A stretch of 64,000 nucleotides of DNA from Bacteroidota bacterium (GTDB lineage Bacteria; Bacteroidota; Bacteroidia; Bacteroidales; VadinHA17): contig DRFJ01000052.1 of NCBI GenBank assembly GCA_011050615.1, positions 11,573 through 75,572 on the forward strand, given 5' to 3'. This document shows, one piece after another, positions 38,153 through 47,906 of the stretch. The position numbers and the translations under genes are program-made. Within the stretch, counting starts at the first letter, position 1. Each line of letters begins with the position of its first letter. The notes beneath the pieces are model-generated. The model made no database searches, was not told where the DNA came from, and worked only from the letters and a program-made list of their open reading frames with translations.

Positions 38153-39166
38153 ATGATAGTAAGATATAAGTATCCACTCCTGAAATATAACTCTTTTGGA
38201 ATAGATGTGTGTTCGGATAAATATATCAGAACGACCACCATAAAAGAAACGGCAGATTTACTTTCCAGGGGAGATATTGACCCCGGAAAATTACTCATAC
38301 TCGGAGGTGGAAGCAATATATTATTCACCGGTGATTTCCACGGAACAGTATTACAACCCGCTTTTAATCATATTAATATTGAAAAGAATGAACAGGAATA
38401 TGTGATTTTATCGGCGGAGGCAGGTTTAAATTGGGACAGCCTTGTTGAATGGACCGTGAAAAAAAACCTTGGCGGGCTGGAAAACCTTTCCTATATCCCC
38501 GGCAATGTGGGAGCTGCACCAATACAGAACATAGGCGCCTATGGAGTTGAAGCAGGTGAACTGATAACAAAAGTGCATGTATTATCACTCGAAAACGGTA
38601 AACCGGCATTTTTTACTGCAAGGAAGTGCATGTTCGGTTACAGGGACAGTGTATTCAAGAATGAATTAAAGGGTAAATACCTGATAACCAAAGTAGAATT
38701 AAGACTCAGAAAGACACCTGCCGAATTTAAGCTCGCATATGGCAACCTGGAGAAAGTAGTCCTTGAAAAGGGAAAAATAACTGTCAGGACAATAAGAGAT
38801 GCCGTAATAAAAATCCGAAAGGAGAAATTACCTGACCCTGTCCTAACAGGAAATGCAGGAAGCTTTTTTAAAAACCCGCTTATTAATATCAATAAATACA
38901 ATGAATTAATATCAAAATACCCTGAAATGCCAGTATGGGAAACAGGAGCGGATACATATAAAATTTCTGCCGCCTGGCTCATAGAAAAAGCGGGTTGGAA
39001 GGGTAAACGGGAAGGCCGGGCAGGTGTTCATGAAAATCATGCTCTTGTCCTTGTTAACCTTGGCAGGGCCGATGGTCTTGAGATACTGGAACTTAGCAGA
39101 AAAATCAGTAACTCGGTGCAGACAATGTTCGGGGTAGAACTGACCCGGGAAGTTAAGGTTGTTTAA
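38153..39166 (+). CDS. murB: UDP-N-acetylmuramate dehydrogenase
   Basis: FAD-binding 'LILGGGSNILF'. 'NLSYIPGNVGAAPIQNIGAYG' and the C-terminal 'SAAWLIEKAGWKG' are typical of MurB. Confidence 0.9.
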   Translation: MIVRYKYPLLKYNSFGIDVCSDKYIRTTTIKETADLLSRGDIDPGKLLILGGGSNILFTGDFHGTVLQPAFNHINIEKNEQEYVILSAEAGLNWDSLVEWTVKKNLGGLENLSYIPGNVGAAPIQNIGAYGVEAGELITKVHVLSLENGKPAFFTARKCMFGYRDSVFKNELKGKYLITKVELRLRKTPAEFKLAYGNLEKVVLEKGKITVRTIRDAVIKIRKEKLPDPVLTGNAGSFFKNPLININKYNELISKYPEMPVWETGADTYKISAAWLIEKAGWKGKREGRAGVHENHALVLVNLGRADGLEILELSRKISNSVQTMFGVELTREVKVV

Positions 39167-40191
39167 TAAATTTCCAGCCTGTCCAGTTCAAGATGATATT
39201 TATTGGCATAGTTAATATGATCCCTGAGGTTGGTTGAGAAATGATGATACCCTGAAAAATCATGTCGGGCAACAAAGTAAAGGTAATTATGATGCTCTGC
39301 ATTAAGTACTGCATCTATACCCGACTTTGATGCCGACCTGACCGGACCGGGAGGCAGTCCTGTGTGGGTATAGGTATTGTAGGGAGAATTAACTTTCAGA
39401 TGCTCCTGAAGTACTCTTCTGATAGTGAAATCATTCAGTGCAAATTTAATTGTGGGACAGGCCTGCAGGGGCATATTTCGTTTAAGCCTGTTCATATAAA
39501 CACCGGCAATCCTGGATTTTTCATCCTCTTTAAGAACTTCATCATCCACTATCGAAGCCAGAATACTCACCTCCACAGGACTGAGTCCCATGTCATCTGC
39601 CTTTTTCATCCTTCCATCGTTCCAGAAAGCCCTGAATTCCTTTATCATTCGTTCTATAAGCTCAGCAGGTCTTATTGTCCAGTATACTTCATAGGTGTCA
39701 GGAATAAAAGCTGCAATAATAGTTTCCTTTGAAAATCCCTCGCTCTTATAAAGGCTTTCATCAATAAGCGCCCTGTGGATTTCTGCTGAATCGCCGGCGA
39801 TCTGGGCGCCCAGTCTCTGTGACAAATCGGCCAGTGTCCTTATATTATTGAAAGTAATCATGACGGGAGACTGGTTACCTGATTTCAATAAATTTACAAT
39901 ATCATTATTGCTCATATCATCAGTAATCACATACCTCCCGGGTTTAATATTTGATATATACCTCTTACGCTTCGCCAGCAAATCGAAAGCTGTTTCATTC
40001 ACTAATATTCCTTTTACCCTCAAGGAGTCTTTTACATCCTCATATATCGCACCCCTTCCTATATAGATATCAATTCCCTCCCCACCCGCTTTAACAGGAG
40101 AAAAAAACAAGCTCCATATAACAATGATAAGCGTAATTGCGGATAAGACAATTAACAGGAGCATCCGCCTGATCATTCTACTTTTATTCAT
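39163..40191 (-). CDS. mltG: endolytic transglycosylase MltG (YceG-like)
   Basis: Start chosen at MNKSRMIRRMLLL (N-terminal TM anchor). Conserved 'SPYNTYTHTGLPPGPV'. Its 3' end overlaps the murB stop by 4 nt. Confidence 0.85.
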   Translation of the reverse strand: MNKSRMIRRMLLLIVLSAITLIIVIWSLFFSPVKAGGEGIDIYIGRGAIYEDVKDSLRVKGILVNETAFDLLAKRKRYISNIKPGRYVITDDMSNNDIVNLLKSGNQSPVMITFNNIRTLADLSQRLGAQIAGDSAEIHRALIDESLYKSEGFSKETIIAAFIPDTYEVYWTIRPAELIERMIKEFRAFWNDGRMKKADDMGLSPVEVSILASIVDDEVLKEDEKSRIAGVYMNRLKRNMPLQACPTIKFALNDFTIRRVLQEHLKVNSPYNTYTHTGLPPGPVRSASKSGIDAVLNAEHHNYLYFVARHDFSGYHHFSTNLRDHINYANKYHLELDRLEIY

Positions 40192-40335
40192 ATTCTTCCC
40201 TTTCAGAACGCAAAAATAATATAAATGATAATATGGATTATTGTTTTTTGTAATCATTAATTAAGTGCAGGATCAGCTTACAGTAAAAAATATATTGTTA
40301 TTTCATAATTATTTTTATCTTTAAATAAAAAATCG

Positions 40336-41196
40336 ATGAAAAAAACTAACACGACAATCCTGATAAGTCTGATTCTTGCCATTAGCCTTGCAATGGCAGG
40401 TTGTTCAAAGAAATTAACGTCCACAGGGTCTGCTGATCGCAGTCTTGAATACGGATTTACCGGTAATGAATCATTCTCATATATGCAATCATCAAAAATG
40501 ATACAGTCCATTGTATATATGGGGCAGGAGGTTAACACATCGGTAAATTCAAACATGGGATTTACAGCCAGAGGTAAGGGGATAGTGAATGGCGATCTGA
40601 TTCTTGAAATTACTGTTGATACACTGGGAATGACATTAAACTCCATGGGAACAAATATGAAAGAAGATATCAGCAGCCTGAAAGGTAAAAGTTTTATAAT
40701 GACAATGAGTACCAGGGGAGCTGACAAGGATCTTGATGAGGCTGAAAGTATGACATACTCACTTGCCGGTCTGCAAACATCGAATCTGAAGGCAAGTTTC
40801 GCCACAATATTCCCCAAACTACCGAAGGAAAATGTTATGATCGGATATACATGGCAGGATACAGATACAGTTAACATAAACACTGAAACTGAAAATGCTG
40901 AAATGATTCTCATCACAAATAGTACGGTGGAAGCGCGGGAAGAAGTAAAGGGATATGATTGCTACAGGATATCGTACCAGGTGAGCGGTACAAGGGATGG
41001 CAGCAGCCAGACTCCCCAGGGCCTGATTGTTACAAATGCCGATGTAAGCGGTACCGGTTATTATTACTTCGCTGTCAAAGAAGGTATAATCGTATCTGAT
41101 TATTCGGAGGTAAAAACGGATGGTGACCTGGTAATACCCACCGGGGAATCACTGCCAATGTACATGACAGCAACCATGGAATTCAATTTGTTATAA
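40336..41196 (+). CDS. lipoprotein of unknown function
   Basis: Lipobox 'LAMAGCSKK'. The T/S/G-rich, beta-type composition is more protein-like than the overlapping antisense ORF 40278-40916. Confidence 0.55.
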   Translation: MKKTNTTILISLILAISLAMAGCSKKLTSTGSADRSLEYGFTGNESFSYMQSSKMIQSIVYMGQEVNTSVNSNMGFTARGKGIVNGDLILEITVDTLGMTLNSMGTNMKEDISSLKGKSFIMTMSTRGADKDLDEAESMTYSLAGLQTSNLKASFATIFPKLPKENVMIGYTWQDTDTVNINTETENAEMILITNSTVEAREEVKGYDCYRISYQVSGTRDGSSQTPQGLIVTNADVSGTGYYYFAVKEGIIVSDYSEVKTDGDLVIPTGESLPMYMTATMEFNLL

Positions 41197-41199
41197 GAT

Positions 41200-41294
41200 A
41201 AGAAACCCATGCCGTTTAACCTAAAACCTTAATCTGTCAAGAAAGCTTGTGTATAATCTACATCAGCGTTATAACTACCTGGCATGGGTTTCTT
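41200..41294. repeat. 14-bp perfect inverted repeat flanking a 67-nt spacer
   Basis: AAGAAACCCATGCC (41200-41213) and GGCATGGGTTTCTT (41281-41294). The repeat fills the whole gap between convergent genes. Confidence 0.6.
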
Positions 41295-41297
41295 TAT

Positions 41298-41684
41298 TCA
41301 GGAAAACCGGCTGTTAATTGAATCAATTTTCTTTTCCAGTTCCTGCAATTTTTCATTCATCCTCTTTTCTATTATTTCCAGTTTCCTTTCCAGGTCATCA
41401 ATAAATTCCTCATTAATTCTTATTTCCGGAAAATCCCATTCAAAATCAAAATTAAAATCAGGAATATCAAAAACATGGTGGGAAAATCCATATTCATATT
41501 CTCTCCAGCAGGGCCTGGCATCATAGCTGCGTCCTTCCTCAAGAGCTTCCAGGACATTTTTCATTGTCTGCTTTTTATTGCTAAAAAAGTCCTGCTGCTT
41601 CGGGGCAGGGGCACCTGCCATAGTATTTGCAGTCAAGGCGATTATTAGTATCAAAAGGCCGGATTTGCTTATTCCTTTTTTCAT
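41298..41684 (-). CDS. secreted hypothetical protein with C-terminal coiled coil
   Basis: Signal peptide 'LLILIIALTANTMAGA'. Heptad-like tail 'EEFIDDLERKLEIIEKRMNEKLQELEKKIDSINS'. Confidence 0.5.
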   Translation of the reverse strand: MKKGISKSGLLILIIALTANTMAGAPAPKQQDFFSNKKQTMKNVLEALEEGRSYDARPCWREYEYGFSHHVFDIPDFNFDFEWDFPEIRINEEFIDDLERKLEIIEKRMNEKLQELEKKIDSINSRFS

Positions 41685-41802
41685 GGCTTAAATATTTATT
41701 CTTCAATTATTCACAAAGTAAAGCTATGAAGAAAAATAATAGCCCAGGCTTAACAAATTGTTAAATCAGGCATCTGGCAGGTACTATTTGGTTAAGAAAT
41801 AT

Positions 41803-42687
41803 TTACAAGGGGACAAGCAGGGGCCTTCCTTTTCTGATTTTTTCAACCCTGAAGGTCAGTTTATCACGAGGTGTAAAATCTCCTGGCACAAATACTACAT
41901 GCTTAAGTCCGTGATGATCAATCACAAGCAGAACTTTTCCTTGTCCATCCGGTCTTTCGTTAACCGATATCAGTTCAAAATCATACTCCCTGCCTTTTTC
42001 ATAGTAAGGATTCAGGGGTTCAATTTTATACTTCCCTGTAGCATGATATTTTATGAATCTGCCTCTGAAGCTTCTTCCTTTTTTAAGACCGTAATAAGAA
42101 TACTGATCTGCAGGGAGCAAATGATGCTTATTATCCGGGTCACTCACCATAAAGTAATCTTTCCCGTCCATCCCGGACATTTTATCATAAATATGAAATT
42201 CAAGGACATCATCCTCTTCTTTCTTTTCACCTTTCACAACGCTTACAGGCTCAGTAAAAATAATCCTTCCCTTAATTATCCTCAAGATTTTCAAGGATAC
42301 ACTTTTACTTCTCCGGGAATCATATAAGCCGGCCATGTTCATCGGAACCACAAGTTCATTTCCGTATATATCCTTCAGCAGAAGTACAGGGACAGACTCT
42401 CCTTCTTTATTTATTCTTATATCCCTGCCGCTTATCTCAAAATCATATTCCTCACCTTCGGTATAATATGGATTGGCAGGTTCGAGGAAGACCTCTCCCC
42501 TGCAATTAATTTTATCGACCCGGCAATTAATTATACTGTTTATACTTATTTTATAATCTTTATAATATTCTTTACGTAACAGGTTTTTTTCATTGCCCGG
42601 TCCTTTAAGCAGGAAATATGTATTGTCACCAATTTCAAGAGTTTTTTGAACCAGGAAATCATATCTTTTACCTTCTTCAAGCTTCAT
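41803..42687 (-). CDS. protein built of four tandem ~70-aa modules (S1/OB-like, CvfB-like architecture?), unknown function
   Basis: Recurrent module '(E)G.(E)YDF...' ending '...EP.NPYY'. Examples are 'LEPANPYYTEGEEYDFEIS' and 'IEPLNPYYEKGREYDFELI'. No signal peptide. Confidence 0.55.
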   Translation of the reverse strand: MKLEEGKRYDFLVQKTLEIGDNTYFLLKGPGNEKNLLRKEYYKDYKISINSIINCRVDKINCRGEVFLEPANPYYTEGEEYDFEISGRDIRINKEGESVPVLLLKDIYGNELVVPMNMAGLYDSRRSKSVSLKILRIIKGRIIFTEPVSVVKGEKKEEDDVLEFHIYDKMSGMDGKDYFMVSDPDNKHHLLPADQYSYYGLKKGRSFRGRFIKYHATGKYKIEPLNPYYEKGREYDFELISVNERPDGQGKVLLVIDHHGLKHVVFVPGDFTPRDKLTFRVEKIRKGRPLLVPL

Positions 42688-42698
42688 AACAAATATTA

Positions 42699-44168
42699 TC
42701 AGTATAAGGGTCCGAATATCCTGGCCAGGCTTTCCTTATATTTTTCTGCTTTTGACCTGCCTTCCCACAGGTCAAACAGTATTTCCTTACTGCTTTTGAG
42801 GTCATTCATAAATAATTCTTCCAGCCTGGCAGCAAAATCTTCATCATAGATGAGGGCAGTAACTTCAAAATCAAGGTCGAAACTACGCACATCAACATTT
42901 ACAGAACCAACCGATGAAAATACGCCATCAACTACAATGTATTTCGAATGATTAAAGCCTGGTGTGTAAAAATACATTCGTACACCGGCATATAAAAGTT
43001 CGGAGACATAAGATCTTGAAATCCAATTAGCTATTATAGAATCTGCCCTTTCCGGGATTATCAGCCTGACATCTTTGCCACTAAGTGCGGTTGTTTTTAA
43101 GGCATTCAGAATACTTTCATTTGGAGAAAAGTAGGGTGTACACAGGTATACTTTTCTCCTTGCGGTTGCAATTGCCGTAAGATAAGCTTGCATAATAGTA
43201 GCCCAGTCGCTGTCGGGGCCGCTGCTGGCCAATTGTATCCAGCTGCAACCCTTAGCGCTTAACTTCGGGAAGTATTCTTTTTCCCTGGTAAGTATTTCAC
43301 CACTCAGGAAATACCAGTCTTTGAGAAATATCCTGTTCAGGCCAGCCACCGAATCACCTGTAATCTTAAGATGCGTATCTCTCCACTTCCCCAGGTGAGG
43401 CAGGCCATGCAGGTATTTATCAGCAATATTCATACCCCCTACAAAACCTGTTTTACCGTCTATTATCAATATCTTACGGTGGTTACGGTAATTAATCTTG
43501 CTGGCGAGCCAGGGGAACCTGACAGGGAAGAAAGGGAAGATCTGAACGCCCGAATTCCTGGTTTCTCCAATATATTTTTTCTTAAATGACCAACTCCCGA
43601 CATCGTCAATAATCATACGTACTTCAACTCCTTCAGCTGCTTTTCTCATCAGAAGGTGCCTGAATTTATTACCTGTTTCATCAATATTGAAACGGTAGAT
43701 CTCGAAATGAATATGGTGCCTGGCCCTTTCAATTTCCTTAAGCATTAAGGAATATGTTGCTTTGGCATCCTGCAGCAAAGTTATTTTATTATTATCTGTC
43801 AGTACGGATTTTTCATTATTCAGCATCAGGGTCATCAGGTGCTGTTTTTCCTTGATCCTGTCCGACTTCTCTTCAAGCCTCGTTTCCAGTGACTCTATCT
43901 GTTGAATGGCAGCATTGAGGACATGTTCACTGTCGATAACACTTTTCCTGGAAAATATTTTTCTTTTGCGGTAATTCTGCCCGAAGAAAAAGTACAATAT
44001 TATACCCACAACAGGGATCAAAGTGATTACCAGGACCCATGAAAGAGTTTTTACAGGAGCCCTGTTTTCAAATATTATTACCAGGCATACTACAATTACA
44101 GTTATTACATACAGTATTGACAATATCACCTGTAAAGAAAAGATGTTTCCTGCAGGATCAGTATTCAT
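42699..44168 (-). CDS. cls: cardiolipin synthase
   Basis: Two N-terminal TM helices. Two HKD motifs, 'HRKILIIDGKTGFVGGMN' and 'NHSKYIVVDGVFSSVGSVN'. Confidence 0.9.
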   Translation of the reverse strand: MNTDPAGNIFSLQVILSILYVITVIVVCLVIIFENRAPVKTLSWVLVITLIPVVGIILYFFFGQNYRKRKIFSRKSVIDSEHVLNAAIQQIESLETRLEEKSDRIKEKQHLMTLMLNNEKSVLTDNNKITLLQDAKATYSLMLKEIERARHHIHFEIYRFNIDETGNKFRHLLMRKAAEGVEVRMIIDDVGSWSFKKKYIGETRNSGVQIFPFFPVRFPWLASKINYRNHRKILIIDGKTGFVGGMNIADKYLHGLPHLGKWRDTHLKITGDSVAGLNRIFLKDWYFLSGEILTREKEYFPKLSAKGCSWIQLASSGPDSDWATIMQAYLTAIATARRKVYLCTPYFSPNESILNALKTTALSGKDVRLIIPERADSIIANWISRSYVSELLYAGVRMYFYTPGFNHSKYIVVDGVFSSVGSVNVDVRSFDLDFEVTALIYDEDFAARLEELFMNDLKSSKEILFDLWEGRSKAEKYKESLARIFGPLY

Positions 44169-44194
44169 AAATTAAATTTAATAAGGCTCAAAAT

Positions 44195-44223
44195 AAAAAA
44201 AACTCCCTTGCCGCACAAGAGAG
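44195..44223 (-). terminator. intrinsic terminator of the OMP gene
   Basis: On the minus strand the stem CTCTCTTG/CAAGGGAG has a 5-nt loop and is followed by T8 (the plus-strand A-run at 44195-44202). It lies 25 nt after the stop at 44248. Confidence 0.7.
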
Positions 44224-44247
44224 TTTTATTTATTCGGGAATTATTTC

Positions 44248-44871
44248 TTAAAACATGATGCCGGCACTCAGAATAACTGCATTTGCTCTGCCATCAAGTG
44301 TAAATGATTCTCCTCCCACCATTACTTCATCACCATATTTCGTTAGCCCTCCTTCGTACCTTACATCTATTGTTATTTTTTCGGCAATATCCACTCCCAC
44401 ACCGGCCTGGTAACCAAACGTTGCATTTTTGTAAAGGTCTTCGGTATTTTCAATAAGGTCGCTAGAAGAGTTAAGCATCACCGATGCTGCCGGGCCTGCC
44501 ATTAGCCTGACCGGTCCAAGCCTAAACCCCAGCATTATGGGTACGTCAAGCTTTTTAAACCGACTTTTAATTTCATCAGCAGGAGTACCTGCAACTTCTG
44601 TGTAGAGCATATTATTTTCAGTCATTGAAAGCAATACTTCGGGTTGCACTATGAGTCCGAATAAGGATAACCTGAAAAACACGCCGCCATGAAATCCCCA
44701 GCTAGCCTGTTCGGCAGCTTCTAAAGCGGCCTGGGTTCCGGAAGTTACACTTTCAAGATTAAAGTTATTGGATGAGGCACCTGCTTTTAAACCCCAGTTG
44801 AATTGAGCAAAGGCACCGCTTGAAATAAGGACTGTTAAAAAGATAAGAATTGATTTTTTCATTTTTAGCAT
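44248..44871 (-). CDS. outer-membrane beta-barrel protein (porin_3/OmpW-like)
   Basis: Signal peptide 'SSGAFAQ' (alternative start at 44862). Alternating beta-strand pattern. The C-terminal residue is F ('SAGIMF'). Confidence 0.68.
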   Translation of the reverse strand: MLKMKKSILIFLTVLISSGAFAQFNWGLKAGASSNNFNLESVTSGTQAALEAAEQASWGFHGGVFFRLSLFGLIVQPEVLLSMTENNMLYTEVAGTPADEIKSRFKKLDVPIMLGFRLGPVRLMAGPAASVMLNSSSDLIENTEDLYKNATFGYQAGVGVDIAEKITIDVRYEGGLTKYGDEVMVGGESFTLDGRANAVILSAGIMF

Positions 44872-44929
44872 ATTTTAGTTACACAATATGTAAACGATAA
44901 AAGAAGCAAAAGGTTGCATTCTGTTTTTA

Positions 44930-45619
44930 TTACTCCGTTAACTTATAACCCACACCTTTTATTGTCCGAATCAGATCGTCGCCTACTTTTTCCCTCAGTT
45001 TTCTTATATGAACGTCAATCGTTCTGTCTCCTACTATAATATCTTCGCCCCACACTTTCTTGTATATTTCAGCCCTGGTAAAGACCCGGCCCGGTTTTGT
45101 AAGCAAGAGGGACAACAGTTCAAATTCCTTCCTGGGCAGAAAAATATCCTTCTCATCAAGGTGCAATATAAATCGTTCCCTGTCGAGGCTAAGGTTGTAT
45201 GATCCCAGCACCTGTACCGATCCCGTGGTCTCTTCAAGAGGCCTGTATCTTCTTAGGAGGGCCTTTACCCTGCTAACCAGAATTTTAGGCTTAACAGGTT
45301 TAATAATATAGTCATCCCCTCCGGCCTCAAAGCCCGCTATTTGAGCGTAATCCTCACCCTTCGCCGTCAGGAAACAAATTATAACCGGTGACATATCGGG
45401 ATCGGAACGTATTTGTTCACAGGCTTCGATACCGTCAATCCCGGGCATCATTATATCAAGCAGTATCAGATGAGGTTTAACTTCCCTGGCTTTTTTTATT
45501 CCTGATCGGCCGTCATTTGCCGTGTAAACTATAAATCCTTCCTTGCGCAAGGTATATGACAGGAATTCCCTTATATCATTTTCATCATCCACAAGTAATA
45601 TTGTATACTTATTATTCAT
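44930..45619 (-). CDS. OmpR/PhoB-family response regulator
   Basis: ATG at 45619 is preferred over TTG at 45643. Receiver domain 'ILLVDDENDIREFL...LILLDIMMPGIDG'. Winged-helix output domain '...IRTIKGVGYKL'. Confidence 0.9.
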   Translation of the reverse strand: MNNKYTILLVDDENDIREFLSYTLRKEGFIVYTANDGRSGIKKAREVKPHLILLDIMMPGIDGIEACEQIRSDPDMSPVIICFLTAKGEDYAQIAGFEAGGDDYIIKPVKPKILVSRVKALLRRYRPLEETTGSVQVLGSYNLSLDRERFILHLDEKDIFLPRKEFELLSLLLTKPGRVFTRAEIYKKVWGEDIIVGDRTIDVHIRKLREKVGDDLIRTIKGVGYKLTE

Positions 45620-45629
45620 GACAGAATGA

Positions 45630-46166
45630 CTATTTCTTTTCAAGCTCCCTGAAGATAAGCTCCTTCATTTCATTGAATTCGTCCATCCTGAATAACCTGG
45701 TGAGAAAAATAATTTTACCTTCCCTGTCAATTATAACATTCCTGGTTACTCCCGCATTCTTTTGAGCATACAAACCGAATATTTCAGCCTCCGGATCAAG
45801 TGCAAGAGGGTAAGTAATACCTATATCACTTTTGAATTTCCGGACAGTTGCCGCTGGCTCATCCCTGTCTATTCCAATTACTTTAAGGCCCGCATCTTTC
45901 TTTGCCTGCCATATCTCCTTTTCAATATAAGGCATTTCTGTCCTGCAAACACTGCACCAGCTTGCTGTAAACTGCAGCATTACTACGTTACCACGAAGAT
46001 CTGACAACATATACTCCTCACCATCGACCTCCCTGATGAGGAAGTCAGGGGCCTCATCACCTACCCTGACAAGGTAACCATGCTCATAAACCTGGGCATG
46101 GCCCTTGACTCCATGTAAGAGTAACAACATTCCAATATTAATCGCTAAGAAAACTCTTTTCTTCAT
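45630..46166 (-). CDS. TlpA-like thiol:disulfide oxidoreductase / peroxiredoxin, secreted
   Basis: ATG at 46166 (MKKRVFL...) followed by a signal peptide. CXXC motif 'FTASWCSVCRTEMP'. Confidence 0.8.
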   Translation of the reverse strand: MKKRVFLAINIGMLLLLHGVKGHAQVYEHGYLVRVGDEAPDFLIREVDGEEYMLSDLRGNVVMLQFTASWCSVCRTEMPYIEKEIWQAKKDAGLKVIGIDRDEPAATVRKFKSDIGITYPLALDPEAEIFGLYAQKNAGVTRNVIIDREGKIIFLTRLFRMDEFNEMKELIFRELEKK

Positions 46167-46257
46167 GGTTTCACTTTTTATCAACAAGCCAAATATATAG
46201 TATTTATATCAATTTATTTCATGGCATAAAATTTGCGTTTATTTTTATAAAAAAGAT

Positions 46258-46749
46258 ATGAGAAATACGATATATACATTATTTGCCATAATATTCATTT
46301 CGGCAAGCTGCTCAGTTATCAGAGACATGAAATCTTCAAGGGCAGAAAGGGAGTTAATGACCCAGGAGAATGTAAAAAAGGCGATTGAATCACAGCAGAT
46401 ACTGGTTAAGGTCAACAGGCTTCATACCGGCCGGGGCCGGATTATGGATATTAATCCCACCGATAATTTCATAATAATTGACAGGAACCTTACCCGCGTA
46501 AGCCTTGCTTACATGGGCAGATCATTCACTACAAGACCGATAGCTGCAATAAACTTCACAGGGCAGGTATATTCAAGTGTAGTCGATACAAAAAGGGATG
46601 GCAGTTATGATATCGTGTTAGAACTGGGCCAGGAAAATGAAAAGTTTAAGGTTAACATGATTGTCAGCAAGGGCGGTTATGTAAGCCTTACCATTACAAA
46701 TCCAAGAATCGATTTTGTGAGGTACTCAGGAAATCTGGGTACTCTGTAG
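46258..46749 (+). CDS. lipoprotein (DUF4251-like; tentative)
   Basis: Lipobox 'FISASC'. A 163-aa beta-rich ORF. The family name is a recollection only. Confidence 0.5.
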   Translation: MRNTIYTLFAIIFISASCSVIRDMKSSRAERELMTQENVKKAIESQQILVKVNRLHTGRGRIMDINPTDNFIIIDRNLTRVSLAYMGRSFTTRPIAAINFTGQVYSSVVDTKRDGSYDIVLELGQENEKFKVNMIVSKGGYVSLTITNPRIDFVRYSGNLGTL

Positions 46750-46750
46750 T

Positions 46751-47488
46751 CTAAAAGACATAAAAGAATCCGAGGGTTATACTCAGGGCTTCCAGGTCAA
46801 CATCCTCTCTCCTTGTGTGATTATACTCGTTTGCACTGGTTATTACCTCCATGTTAAAATCGTATGATGCTTTGCTGCTCAGGTAATCGGCACTTACTTT
46901 TATACCCGTGCCCGCACGTGATTTGTAAAGGAGGCTGGCGCCATAGGAATATGTAAAAGCTGCCGAAGGACCATTGACATTAATCTCCAGTATATTTGAA
47001 CCTTCTGAATAATAAAATTCCCGCTTAGGATAAAAGGCTAGTGTTAATCCTGCAAGGCCACGTATACCTGCCCGGAAGCGTCCAAAAGGAACAGATAATT
47101 CCGGACCGGCCATCAGGTTGATGTAATTCCAGAATCCCGACTCAAAACCAATGTCATCTGCCAGTGGTGGTGAACCAAAAACGGGTATCCCTGGCTGTGT
47201 ATAAGCATATTCAATTAAATCATCCAGGTAATTGTCACTTTCAGCATATAAAGACCCAAACCCAAGTACTCCGCCAATTCCGATAAACCGCAGGGGGAAA
47301 TAATATCCCTCGAAGCTTACGGTAAACCCCGGAATTGCATATCCATTATTAAACAGGTGTTCAGCGGCAGCAAAATCACCCCCGGGAATGCTTGTCCCGA
47401 GACTGAAGCCGATATAACTTTCCTGTGCCCTGGCGTAATTACTGAATATGAACAGGATCGTAATTAAGATAACTATATTTCTTTTCAT
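46751..47488 (-). CDS. outer-membrane beta-barrel-like protein of unknown function
   Basis: Start at MKRNIVILITILFIFSNYARAQ. G/Y/F-rich alternating strands. The C-terminal residue is F ('GFFYVF'). Confidence 0.5.
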   Translation of the reverse strand: MKRNIVILITILFIFSNYARAQESYIGFSLGTSIPGGDFAAAEHLFNNGYAIPGFTVSFEGYYFPLRFIGIGGVLGFGSLYAESDNYLDDLIEYAYTQPGIPVFGSPPLADDIGFESGFWNYINLMAGPELSVPFGRFRAGIRGLAGLTLAFYPKREFYYSEGSNILEINVNGPSAAFTYSYGASLLYKSRAGTGIKVSADYLSSKASYDFNMEVITSANEYNHTRREDVDLEALSITLGFFYVF

Positions 47489-47534
47489 CGCATTTAGCTT
47501 AATGGAAAACCCCATCAAAAGTAATTTATTTATT

Positions 47535-47906
47535 TTAAATTTCGAGCAGAGCCTTGTTTTTAACCAGAACTATATATTCCGAATCCAGTTCACGATAACC
47601 ATATTCATAACAATATTTTGTGATCACACTGTCGTCATCGGTTTCAACGGAATGGGTAAAAAAGTTAATATTGAATTCTGAAACAAGCAAGGCATCCCTG
47701 TGCACCTTTTTCTTACCGCCCTCATAAAGCTCACCCAGTATTTTCCTGTTTTTTCGCAATACACTGTGCACATTGCGCACAAGGTTATTGGCTTCCCTGT
47801 TAATTGTATTATTGTAATTATTACGGCATTGATCAGAACAAAATTTCTTATCTGATCTTCCTTTCAGTACTTCACCGCAGTCGAGACATCTCCTAACCGG
47901 CATCAC
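47535..47906 (-). CDS. Zn-ribbon protein of unknown function
   Basis: N-terminal 'CLDCGEVLKGRSDKKFCSDQC' (CX2C...CX3C). Confidence 0.5.
   Translation of the reverse strand: MMPVRRCLDCGEVLKGRSDKKFCSDQCRNNYNNTINREANNLVRNVHSVLRKNRKILGELYEGGKKKVHRDALLVSEFNINFFTHSVETDDDSVITKYCYEYGYRELDSEYIVLVKNKALLEI

Noticed and set aside
40278-40916. 212-aa minus-strand ORF overlapping the lipoprotein gene at 40336-41196.
   Set aside because: The plus-strand ORF has a proper lipobox and a balanced composition. The minus ORF is dominated by S/F/I/V runs and would overlap the mltG promoter region.
41758-42327. 189-aa plus-strand ORF antisense to the four-repeat protein.
   Set aside because: The minus-strand ORF shows a four-fold internal repeat with conserved motifs, which is strong evidence of real coding. 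The plus ORF is low-complexity (I/F/K-rich).
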